Source: Rhodospirillaceae bacterium (lineage in GTDB: Bacteria > Pseudomonadota > Alphaproteobacteria > MPNO01 > UBA2964). From it: DNA of 64,000 nucleotides. The position numbers were made by a program, and so were the translations under genes. Positions 1-8,007 of the stretch are shown here, piece after piece. A model generated the notes under the pieces. The model searched no databases, was not told where the DNA came from, and saw nothing but the letters and a program-made list of their open reading frames with translations. The first letter of the stretch is position 1. Each line of letters starts with the position of its first letter. Where the stretch lies: positions 89,989 through 153,988 of the forward strand of contig PAPV01000005.1 in NCBI GenBank assembly GCA_002709075.1, written 5' to 3'.

Positions 1-443
1 TTTTCTTCATTTGCCTCATCAATGCACAGCATCACGTTTACAAAATTGGTGGCATAATTCTCCCAACCTGCTTGCGAGTCCTGGTGAGGTTTAAAGCCAG
101 AACCACCTGGCATTTTGAAATTGATTTTTTCTTTAAATAAATAGGCAGCTTCACCTAATAACTGTTCAACCATAATTTTCAAAACATTGGTTAAAGTTGC
201 AAACCCGTTGTGGAAAGGAGAAATATATTCTATACGGTTTATAAGTTTTTTATTATCGATTTGGCCGCTCTCATGAAAAACCCAATGTTTTCCCGCCTCT
301 TCGGGTAGTTCTTCAACCTCCATTGCCCATTTATCAATTATCTCAATGTCAGATGAAGAAAAAGCATTATACAATGCACAACATCCGTTAGCATTAAATT
401 CACTAATATGTTGGTGTGTGAGAATAGGTGTGACAATCATCAT
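1..443 (-). CDS. PhyH-family Fe(II)/2-oxoglutarate dioxygenase. The 5' end (ATG at 443-441) is present; the 3' end is cut by the window edge
   Basis: Hand translation of the minus strand gives MMIVTPILTHQHISEFNANGCCALYNAF...FKMPGGSGFKPHQDSQAGWENY. The K-x-PGG...HQD block with the H-x-D iron ligands is the PhyH/phytanoyl-CoA dioxygenase signature. The ORF track does not list it because it runs off the edge. Confidence 0.6.
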   Translation of the reverse strand, partial: MMIVTPILTHQHISEFNANGCCALYNAFSSSDIEIIDKWAMEVEELPEEAGKHWVFHESGQIDNKKLINRIEYISPFHNGFATLTNVLKIMVEQLLGEAAYLFKEKINFKMPGGSGFKPHQDSQAGWENYATNFVNVMLCIDEANEE

Positions 444-535
444 AAATCAAGTTTATCGTTCTAAGTATAATCATTCAACGCTGGGAAAATTGACACATCA
501 ATAAATGTAATCGCTAAACTGTGAGAAAGCTACCT

Positions 536-1675
536 ATGATTGACGCAGATGATTTTTTGAACCCAGCGCTTCAGGCTGGTTTTAATTTTTACACTGGTGT
601 TCCTTGTTCATTTCTAACACCAATAATTAATAGGGTTATCTGCTCTGAAACTACGGAGTATATTGCTGCGGCAAGTGAAGGGGAAGCTGTAGGGATAGCT
701 GCGGGTGCTTGGTTGGCAGGGAAACTCCCTGTTATAATGTGTCAGAACTCCGGCCTCGGGAATGCTGTTAATCCTCTTACCTCTCTTAATTATCCTTTTA
801 AAATACCAGCACTTTTGATTGTTACGTGGCGGGGGGCGGTGGGTTTAGATGATGAACCGCAACATCAGCTTATGGGACAGATCACTAAGGATATATTAAA
901 TATTATGCGTGTTCCGTATGGTATGTTCCCCAATAACAAAGCCTCAATTAACCCTGCAATTGAGAAGGCTATTAGTGAAATTTCTAAAAATAACCTTCCT
1001 TATGCCATGTTGATGAAAAAAGGTTCAATTCAAAACGAGGAAATACAGCCATTAAAATCCGATAATTTTATTTCAGGTGAACTTTATGATTGGACAACTT
1101 CAAAAATTTTTCCTAGCAGGGTTTCGGCAATTAAAAATGCACTTGAAATTCTACCTTCAGATGTAGGAATTATTTCTACCACTGGATATACAGGACGAGA
1201 GCTTTATGAAGTGGCTGATCGAGAACAACACCTATATCAAGTCGGATCAATGGGATGCGCTGCTGGAATGGGGTTTGGAATTGCAATTAATTCAGAGAAA
1301 AATATTTGCGTTTTTGATGGAGACGGAGCAGCTTTAATGAAGCTTGGTACCATGGCTACAGTTGGCGCTTACAAACCTAAAAATTTCATCCACATATTAT
1401 TTGATAATGGGACTTATCAGTCTACCGGCGGACAGCCTACAGTTTCATCAAGTATCAATTTTGCTAAAATTGCAATTGCTTGTGGTTATCGGTTAGCTTT
1501 TTCTTGCAATGATTTAACCCATTTTAATGAAGCGTTAAACAAAAGTAAAATTGATGGTGGCCCCACACTGATTCATATGCGGGTAAGAAAAAAATCTTTA
1601 GTTGTCCCAGGGAGGCCTAAGATCGGTCCAGCAGAAGTTGCTGCACGTTTCAGAGATTTTTTAGCGCAAGAATAA
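536..1675 (+). CDS. ppd: Phosphonopyruvate decarboxylase (ThDP-dependent). Track ORF starts at GTG 521; ATG 536 (MIDADDF...) preferred
   Basis: ThDP-binding motif GDGAALMKLGTMATVGAYKPKNFIHILFDNGTYQ (GDG...NN). Overall length and N-terminus are typical of Ppd/AepY and sulfopyruvate decarboxylase relatives. The context with a PhnW-like transaminase favours Ppd. A GAGAAAG RBS-like element sits 6 nt upstream of ATG 536. Confidence 0.7.
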   Translation: MIDADDFLNPALQAGFNFYTGVPCSFLTPIINRVICSETTEYIAAASEGEAVGIAAGAWLAGKLPVIMCQNSGLGNAVNPLTSLNYPFKIPALLIVTWRGAVGLDDEPQHQLMGQITKDILNIMRVPYGMFPNNKASINPAIEKAISEISKNNLPYAMLMKKGSIQNEEIQPLKSDNFISGELYDWTTSKIFPSRVSAIKNALEILPSDVGIISTTGYTGRELYEVADREQHLYQVGSMGCAAGMGFGIAINSEKNICVFDGDGAALMKLGTMATVGAYKPKNFIHILFDNGTYQSTGGQPTVSSSINFAKIAIACGYRLAFSCNDLTHFNEALNKSKIDGGPTLIHMRVRKKSLVVPGRPKIGPAEVAARFRDFLAQE

Positions 1676-1680
1676 TTTTT

Positions 1681-2823
1681 TTATTTACGATTCAAGTTTT
1701 TCGAATTTAAACCAATTGATGCCAAATAAATAGATATTTCTGAGAGTGCGCGGTCAATATCTGTTTTGTTAATATCGCCAATGCAACCAATTCTGAATGT
1801 TTTTTCCTGTGTGACTGCGCCAGGATAAAGTATTACTCCTTTTTTACGCAACGCCTCGTACATCATTTCAAAATCAAAATTTGGATTTTTTGGAAATCGG
1901 ACAGTTACAATTATTGGTGACTGTTGCATTTTAGATAAGAACAAATTAAAGCCTAATAAGCGTAATCCATCCACAAGCTGGTTACAATTAGCTTGATAAC
2001 GTGTTTCCCTTGCCGAAACACCGCCCTCGTTCTCCAGTTCTACAAGGGCTTGATCGAGTGCGGCTAAGACATGTGTGGGAGGTGTAAACCGCCACTGACC
2101 AGTTTTATCTAAATATTTGGCTTGATCATGCAAATCAAGGCAAAGCGAGTTAGCATTTCCGGCAGTAGTATTTAGGATGTTTGTCTTAATTATTGCATAA
2201 GCAATCCCAGGAACACTTTGCAGACATTTGTTTGACGAAGATATCAGCGCGGTTGCAGGTATTTTCTTGAGATTTATTTTTAAAGCACCAAAACTACTCA
2301 TTGCATCAATGATCATTTCACGTTTAGCATTTCTAACGATTGATGCTATATTCTCTATTGGGTTTAGAATGCCAGATGTGGTTTCACAATGGACTACGGC
2401 GACGTGGGTAATATCTGTGTTGGTTTCAAGTCGGGAGGCAATTTCGCAGGGGTCGGGCTGAATGTCTTCAGGTGTTTTGTACACTTCATATGCTCTGCCG
2501 AGATAATCACAGATTTTAGCCATGCGTTCCCCGTAAACGCCATTAATCAGAATTAAACATTTTCCCATTCTACGTGGCAGCAATGTGCCGAGTGTAGCTT
2601 CAACAGCAAAAGTTCCACTGCCTTGGATTGGAATGCAGTTATAGCCTTCTTCTGCCCCTGCAAGTTTACAAAGTTTCGATCGGACTCTAGCGGTCATCTC
2701 TATGAACGTTTTGTCTCTCGATCCTATATCGCGATTTAATGCCTTCCTAACTGTGACTGACGTTGTCAATGGACCCGGTGTGAGGAGAATTTCTCCACGT
2801 TTTCTCTCTTCGTTAGTTTGCAT
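1681..2823 (-). CDS. phnW: 2-aminoethylphosphonate:pyruvate aminotransferase (class V, PhnW-like AEP transaminase)
   Basis: Strong PhnW-type blocks: LLTPGPLTTS near the N-terminus, IDAMSSFG, SSSNKCLQSVPG (PLP lysine region), WRFTPPTH and IYPGAVTQEKTFRIGCIG. Convergent with ppd, with only 5 bp between the stop codons. Confidence 0.8.
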   Translation of the reverse strand: MQTNEERKRGEILLTPGPLTTSVTVRKALNRDIGSRDKTFIEMTARVRSKLCKLAGAEEGYNCIPIQGSGTFAVEATLGTLLPRRMGKCLILINGVYGERMAKICDYLGRAYEVYKTPEDIQPDPCEIASRLETNTDITHVAVVHCETTSGILNPIENIASIVRNAKREMIIDAMSSFGALKINLKKIPATALISSSNKCLQSVPGIAYAIIKTNILNTTAGNANSLCLDLHDQAKYLDKTGQWRFTPPTHVLAALDQALVELENEGGVSARETRYQANCNQLVDGLRLLGFNLFLSKMQQSPIIVTVRFPKNPNFDFEMMYEALRKKGVILYPGAVTQEKTFRIGCIGDINKTDIDRALSEISIYLASIGLNSKNLNRK

Positions 2824-2993
2824 TCTTCCTTGCCTAACTCGTTCCTATCATGCATGAATTTCTAGTATGCACATGTTGACAACTTTATGCCAAGCATACT
2901 TGTCTTTTGAAAACATGGGAGGAACCAATAAGCCATAATACTTGGATACACCGAATTGTACGGAAGGGGGTAAGACCACTTTTAAAGACATCG

Positions 2994-3539
2994 ATGCATC
3001 CCAATTTTCTTACAACACTTAGATTTCTTACCGGAATGTTTTCCGCTTTCCTATTCTCAATCGACAATTTCTATTGGAGATGGGAAGCAATTTTGATACT
3101 TACAATTTCTTTGTTACTAGATCGTGCAGATGGAGAATTTGCCCGTCAAACCGGCCGCACAAGTAAATTTGGTCATAAATATGACTTGGTTGCTGATGGG
3201 GTTTCTAACGCGGCTTTGTTCGCCGGTATAGGGTACGGAATGCCCTCAAACTCTTTAGGCGGTTATGCGATGGAGGTCGGTATGGCTGCTGGAATTGCAA
3301 TTCTAGGCACAGAATTTCTGGTAATGCGAGCACATGATACTGGAATAAAAAATACTAAGGATATTGGAAATTTTTATGGTTTTGATCCTGATGATGGAAT
3401 GTTTCTCGTCCCTGTGGTGCTTGCATTTCATTGGGAAAATGCATTACTCATAATTACGGTAATCGGAGCTATAATTTCATTGCTAGTTACATTAGTTATG
3501 GTTGTTCGTGGATCCAAAAATTCTGCAGGAAAACTGTGA
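2994..3539 (+). CDS. CDP-alcohol phosphotransferase-family membrane protein (small, ~181 aa; ORF extends to a TTG at 2907)
   Basis: Family motif D-G-x2-A-R-x8-G-x3-D-x3-D is present as DRADGEFARQTGRTSKFGHKYDLVADG. The N-terminal PNFLTTLRF matches the usual TM1 entry of this family. Multiple TM helices. No SD seen for either start, so the start is uncertain. Confidence 0.7.
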   Translation: MHPNFLTTLRFLTGMFSAFLFSIDNFYWRWEAILILTISLLLDRADGEFARQTGRTSKFGHKYDLVADGVSNAALFAGIGYGMPSNSLGGYAMEVGMAAGIAILGTEFLVMRAHDTGIKNTKDIGNFYGFDPDDGMFLVPVVLAFHWENALLIITVIGAIISLLVTLVMVVRGSKNSAGKL

Positions 3540-6155
3540 ATGTGGGAATGTTACTTAGGTAGACTTGCCAATAAGGTTGTGCATCTTTCGGTAAAACATC
3601 ACATAATAATTATTACCTCATATGTTTTGATTGCCGGATACTTATTTTGGTACGGTGCGGTAAACCTAGCAATCAATACAGACAATGCTGATCTTTTGTC
3701 TAGAGATCTTCCTTTCCGCACTCACCACATTGAAATAAAGGAGTCATTTCCACAGCTTTCTAACAATATTATTGTGGTCGTAGATGCGTTGACAACTGAG
3801 CAGGCGGATTATGCAGCTCTAAAACTTTTTAACGCTATTAAAGCAAAAAAAAAGTTATTCCCTGCTGTATTTTATCCTGCAGGAGAGAGATATTTTACTA
3901 AAAATAGCCTTTTATTTCTTGATAAGGTTCAACTCAGACATTTAATGGAACACCTAATAGACCATCAGTTTTTTATTGGTCGATTGGCTGCTGACCCGAG
4001 CCTTCGTGGATTATTCAATATTTTAACTCTTGCCCTTAATCAGGTGAAAAATAGTTTTGAAAAAAATGAATTAATTAGGTTCATGGATATGCTAACCAGA
4101 TCCCTCCAATCAGGACTCGAAAGACCGAAGGCAAGTTTTTCTTGGCAAAATTTTATAGGTCAAGATGCAGTTCAAGATCCAAAAAATCGCAGATTTATTA
4201 TCCTTAAACCAAATCTTGATTATGGTTCCTTACAACCTGCACAAAACTCAATGTCAGAAATCCGGAGGCTAGCCTCAAGTTTGAAACTTACCCCTGCTTT
4301 CGGTATTCGAGTGCGGCTCACTGGGACCGTTCCAATGGAACAAGAGGAGTTAGCCAGTGTGGTTGAAGGCATGGGTGTAGCCGGAGTGACATCATTTGTT
4401 TTGGTGTTAACACTTTTATTTGTGGCGATGCGATCATTTAAAATGGTTATTTCGGCTATATTAACATTAATTGCGGCCCTTGGCTGTACCGTCGGATTTG
4501 CGGCATGGGCTGTAGGCAGTCTGAATTTAATATCCGTTGCATTTATAGTTCTTTTCATAGGGCTGAGCGTAGATTTTGCCATTCATTTTTGTTTGCGAAT
4601 TCGGGAAGAAATAATTGATGGGAAAAGAATGTCAGGTTCGGCACCTAGAGCGGCTAGAAAGATAGCAGGCGCGCTCTGTTTGTGCACCGCTACTGCAATG
4701 ATAGCTTTCTTCAGTTTTTGGCCAACAAATTATGTAGGTCTGGCAGAACTTGGGATTATCTCAGGTGCAGGCATGCTTATTGCTCTAATAGTTAATCTAA
4801 CTTTTTTTCCTGCGCTTCTCAAAATGCTTGGGTTTTTTAATAGGTCAACTTCAATATGCAAAAAACCCATTGTTATAAATGAGGCCTGGCAAGTGAGGCA
4901 CTCCTTCAAGATTTTGATATTTGCTTCAGGCCTAACGATTGGGGCATCACTTCTCGTGGTGGATGTTCGTTTTGATTTTGATCCATTAAATCTAAAAGAT
5001 CCAGAAACTCAGTCGGTTTCAACCATGTTGGATTTAATGAATAAATCTGATTTATCGCTTTACTCTGCGGACATTTTAACCAAAGGGCCAACCGAAGCGA
5101 TAAAATTAACTCAAGAACTGAAAAATTTACCCACCGTCGGTAAAGTAGTAAATGCATTTAGCTTCATTCCTGTAGAGCAATCAGAGAAGCTATCTATAAT
5201 TTCTGAGGCTAAACTTCTTATTTTACCAGCGCTGTATTTGCCGAAGATACCCAAACCGAGTGAAATAGAAACTCGTAAGTCAATTGCTCAATTTCTTGAT
5301 TCGGCTACAAAAATGGATCATCAAAAACAACCCAAAATTGCATTTGCAGCTAAAAGTCTGATTAAAAGCATGCAACATTACAACCTAGAAAATCTGAAGG
5401 AATATAAACAACTAGAAGAAAATTTATTGGGTAATTTACCGAACTCAATAGAAAAACTAAAGGAGATGCTTTCCGCCTCCAGCGTTGTATTTGATGACGT
5501 GCCAATTAGTATCCGTCAACGTTTTGTTGATAAAGATAATCGCTGGCGGGTGGAGGTACATGCGGCAAAAAAAACAAGAGATCCAGATAATTTAATAACA
5601 TTCGTAGATGAACTGAAATCAGTGGCGCCGACGGTAACTGGGTCGCCTGTAATTATAGTTGAAGCAAGTCGCGTCGTTGTTCAGGCATTTTTGGTGGCGG
5701 CTGTCATATCCATCGGGGCAATTTCAATCTTGTTGCTCATACTGTTGAGAAGAATTGACGATGTGCTTTTGACATTTGTTCCTTTGGTATTGGCTACTTT
5801 ATTGACTGGCGCAGCAAGCGTTTTGCTTGATATGCCATTCAATTTTGCTAACATAATCGTATTGCCACTAATATTTGGTTTAGGGGTTTCCAGTATGGTG
5901 CACTTGATCATGCGGTCTGATGATTTTAGCATTCCAACCGCAATTTTTTTAACTTCAACCCCACGAGCAGTAAAATTTAGCGCTCTTACTACAATCGGAT
6001 CCTTCTCCACTATCGCACTCTCGAGTCATCCAGGAACCTCTAGCATGGGGGTGCTACTTGCCGTTTCCATCGGCTTCACTTTGGCTTCTTCTTTGATTTT
6101 GCTTCCGGCACTACTAGTATTGAGAAAGAACTTCATAATTAGTCGTGAAAATTAA
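3540..6155 (+). CDS. MMPL/RND-superfamily lipid exporter (HpnN-like, 871 aa)
   Basis: The architecture is TM1, a large periplasmic domain, a 5-TM bundle (GVAGVTSFVLVLTLLFVAMRSFKM...LSVDFAIHF, SSD-like), a second periplasmic domain and a second TM bundle. Size and layout match MMPL and HpnN-type transporters. Confidence 0.75.
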   Translation: MWECYLGRLANKVVHLSVKHHIIIITSYVLIAGYLFWYGAVNLAINTDNADLLSRDLPFRTHHIEIKESFPQLSNNIIVVVDALTTEQADYAALKLFNAIKAKKKLFPAVFYPAGERYFTKNSLLFLDKVQLRHLMEHLIDHQFFIGRLAADPSLRGLFNILTLALNQVKNSFEKNELIRFMDMLTRSLQSGLERPKASFSWQNFIGQDAVQDPKNRRFIILKPNLDYGSLQPAQNSMSEIRRLASSLKLTPAFGIRVRLTGTVPMEQEELASVVEGMGVAGVTSFVLVLTLLFVAMRSFKMVISAILTLIAALGCTVGFAAWAVGSLNLISVAFIVLFIGLSVDFAIHFCLRIREEIIDGKRMSGSAPRAARKIAGALCLCTATAMIAFFSFWPTNYVGLAELGIISGAGMLIALIVNLTFFPALLKMLGFFNRSTSICKKPIVINEAWQVRHSFKILIFASGLTIGASLLVVDVRFDFDPLNLKDPETQSVSTMLDLMNKSDLSLYSADILTKGPTEAIKLTQELKNLPTVGKVVNAFSFIPVEQSEKLSIISEAKLLILPALYLPKIPKPSEIETRKSIAQFLDSATKMDHQKQPKIAFAAKSLIKSMQHYNLENLKEYKQLEENLLGNLPNSIEKLKEMLSASSVVFDDVPISIRQRFVDKDNRWRVEVHAAKKTRDPDNLITFVDELKSVAPTVTGSPVIIVEASRVVVQAFLVAAVISIGAISILLLILLRRIDDVLLTFVPLVLATLLTGAASVLLDMPFNFANIIVLPLIFGLGVSSMVHLIMRSDDFSIPTAIFLTSTPRAVKFSALTTIGSFSTIALSSHPGTSSMGVLLAVSIGFTLASSLILLPALLVLRKNFIISREN

Positions 6156-7144
6156 TGTTTGCGATACGTGTTTTATGTTTGCTGATTGGAGTCGTCCTCT
6201 TAGCCATCATAATTGTTTCAACTGATATATATGCAGCCATAAAATTGATCCAGGGAATGGGATGGGGAATTTTGTTGGTAACGGTAGCTTATAGCGTAAT
6301 CTCATTTGGTGATACGCTATCTTTTCACGTGTTAACCCATAAGATACCCATGACCATAAGAAATTTTTACGAGCTGTGGAAAATAAGGTTAGTCGGTGAG
6401 GCCTATAATCAAGTATTGCCTCTCGGGGGTCTGGGAGGTGAGCCAATAAAAGCGGTTCTCTTAAAGCAGTCAACGGAAATGGATTTGGAAGAAATCACAG
6501 CCTCACTTTTCGCTGCAAAAACGGTAAACATCGTAACCCTAATTATCTTTTTGGCAGTTGGATTTCTTCTGATGGGTTGGGAAAAGAGAATTTCTCCAGA
6601 ATTTTTTCGGGCAGCTGGATTAGGATTAGCGGTTTTGAGTCTGGGTATACTGGGTTTCTTTCTTATTCAACGAATGGGTTTGTTGTCCGTTCTTTTCAGT
6701 AGACTGTTACATCGACTGAAAGGACGCTTTTTAAATGTAATTGCAATAATTTCAAACATTGAACACCGATTATACGAATGTTACCGCTATCGAAAATATC
6801 GTTTCCTAGCTTCGCTTTTTGTCGCTCTTATTGTTTGGGTTGTAAGCATAGTTGAAGTGTATTTAGTACTTTATTTTTTAGGGTATCCAATTAGTTGGAC
6901 AGAGGCATGGATTATAGAATCCGGAGCTCAATTAGTGAAAGCAGGCACCTTTTTTATTCCAGGAAGTATAGGAGCCTTTGATGGAGCATTTTTATTGCTG
7001 TGTGGAATGATTACTGGTTCGCCGGTGGTGGGTGCAGCCGTTGCGGTTGTAAGGAGGCTTCGCGAAATTTCATGGACTGCCTTTGGATTTGCTATCGGGA
7101 TATTCAGGCTGAAAAAATATGAACAAGGAAAGAAAAAATATTAA
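6155..7144 (+). CDS. Flippase-like / UPF0104 (LPG_synthase_TM) integral membrane protein, HpnL-like
   Basis: About eight predicted TM helices, 329 aa, with a conserved RLVGEAYNQVLPLGGLGGEP segment typical of the flippase-like domain. Its ATG overlaps the stop of the MMPL gene (TAATG), which suggests translational coupling. Confidence 0.6.
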   Translation: MFAIRVLCLLIGVVLLAIIIVSTDIYAAIKLIQGMGWGILLVTVAYSVISFGDTLSFHVLTHKIPMTIRNFYELWKIRLVGEAYNQVLPLGGLGGEPIKAVLLKQSTEMDLEEITASLFAAKTVNIVTLIIFLAVGFLLMGWEKRISPEFFRAAGLGLAVLSLGILGFFLIQRMGLLSVLFSRLLHRLKGRFLNVIAIISNIEHRLYECYRYRKYRFLASLFVALIVWVVSIVEVYLVLYFLGYPISWTEAWIIESGAQLVKAGTFFIPGSIGAFDGAFLLLCGMITGSPVVGAAVAVVRRLREISWTAFGFAIGIFRLKKYEQGKKKY

Positions 7145-7146
7145 AG

Positions 7147-7770
7147 TTAATTGGCAGCAAGAAGCCGTCTAGTTTTGGAATTTAAAACGATGGTTAATGC
7201 TTTTGTCCCCCCGGTTGTTAGAATTTTTCTGTATTCAGACCGTCTAGTTGCTAGCTCACTAATGCCACCCGCTAAAATTATATCTATCACACGCCAGACA
7301 CCATTGGTCTCTAGAAGAACGTATGCAATTTGAATTGGCTTGCTGCGTTTGTTGACTATTTGAGTGGTTATAACACGCGATCCACTCGGTCCAAGAGTGT
7401 TAGATAAAGTAATAAATTTTTGACCAGAAAAACTATTAAAACGCAACGCGTAGTTGGCAGCACTATAATTACGAAAAGCCTCAACTAGGTTCTTTTGTTC
7501 AATTAACTTTGCTTTACGCCAATGGTTACCACTAATAAGTTTAACCATCCCCTTTAAGTCAAAAACTTCTTGAACTAGCTCTCTTAGATTTTTATAGCGT
7601 CCTTGCAGCCCCAGATTATTTGCTGTCTTCATTGTATGCAATAAGTTCAAGTGAAATTTTTTTATTTGTAATACGGGTCTGTTCTCGGCGCGTGCGCCCG
7701 CAGACAATACGACCAAAATTATTAATAAAAATTGGAACAAACGTTTTTGTTTTCTATAAATTTGCTTCAT
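7147..7770 (-). CDS. MlaC/Ttg2D-family periplasmic phospholipid-binding protein (HpnM-like). The track ORF extends to 7818
   Basis: Signal peptide (FQFLLIILVVLSAGARA) followed by a ~190-aa soluble domain with the Ttg2D/MlaC pattern (NLRELVQEVFDLKGMVKLISGNHW...). The start at MKQIYRK is preferred over the upstream MFYKL. Confidence 0.6.
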   Translation of the reverse strand: MKQIYRKQKRLFQFLLIILVVLSAGARAENRPVLQIKKFHLNLLHTMKTANNLGLQGRYKNLRELVQEVFDLKGMVKLISGNHWRKAKLIEQKNLVEAFRNYSAANYALRFNSFSGQKFITLSNTLGPSGSRVITTQIVNKRSKPIQIAYVLLETNGVWRVIDIILAGGISELATRRSEYRKILTTGGTKALTIVLNSKTRRLLAAN

Positions 7771-8007
7771 GGTTAATTTGAGTGGCCCTTTGTTGTAATA
7801 TGTTAACTTGTAAAACATTTTTTACCTTATAAACGCAACCTGTAGAAAACTTAATGACAGATGGTGAATCTACTCTATTATCCTAAGGGAATAAGTGATT
7901 TAATCGGTAACGGATGAAACAGTTAGATATTTGTATTTGAGTGCCAGGTTTATTGATGATGATTCTAAATGAATAGTTATACTAAAAAAGTGAGTTAATT
8001 CTTTCAG

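Noticed and set aside
489-520. TTGACA hexamer (490-495) upstream of ppd as a possible -35
   Set aside because: There is no acceptable -10 at 16-18 nt spacing; the only TGTAAT is 10 nt away. I could not support a promoter call, and I found no Pho-box-like direct repeats (CTGTCAT-N4-CTGTCAT) in the PhyH/ppd divergent region either.
2228-2461. Many 60-170-aa ORFs antisense to or nested within longer genes. Examples: 2228-2461, 4220-4582, 9617-9964, 13195-13695, 17274-17756, 27908-28141, 38908-39297, 44004-44414 and 57622-58035
   Set aside because: Each lies entirely inside a longer ORF with clear protein-family features on the other strand or frame. None shows motifs, an RBS or coupling. They are treated as chance frames in AT-rich coding DNA.
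7819-8007. Searched the larger spacers (7819-8007, 13883-14159, 19397-19735, 40158-40438, 49697-49928) for tRNA, tmRNA, RNase P or SRP RNA
   Set aside because: No T-loop (GTTCGAATC-like) or other conserved RNA signatures were found. These are probably plain promoter or UTR DNA.
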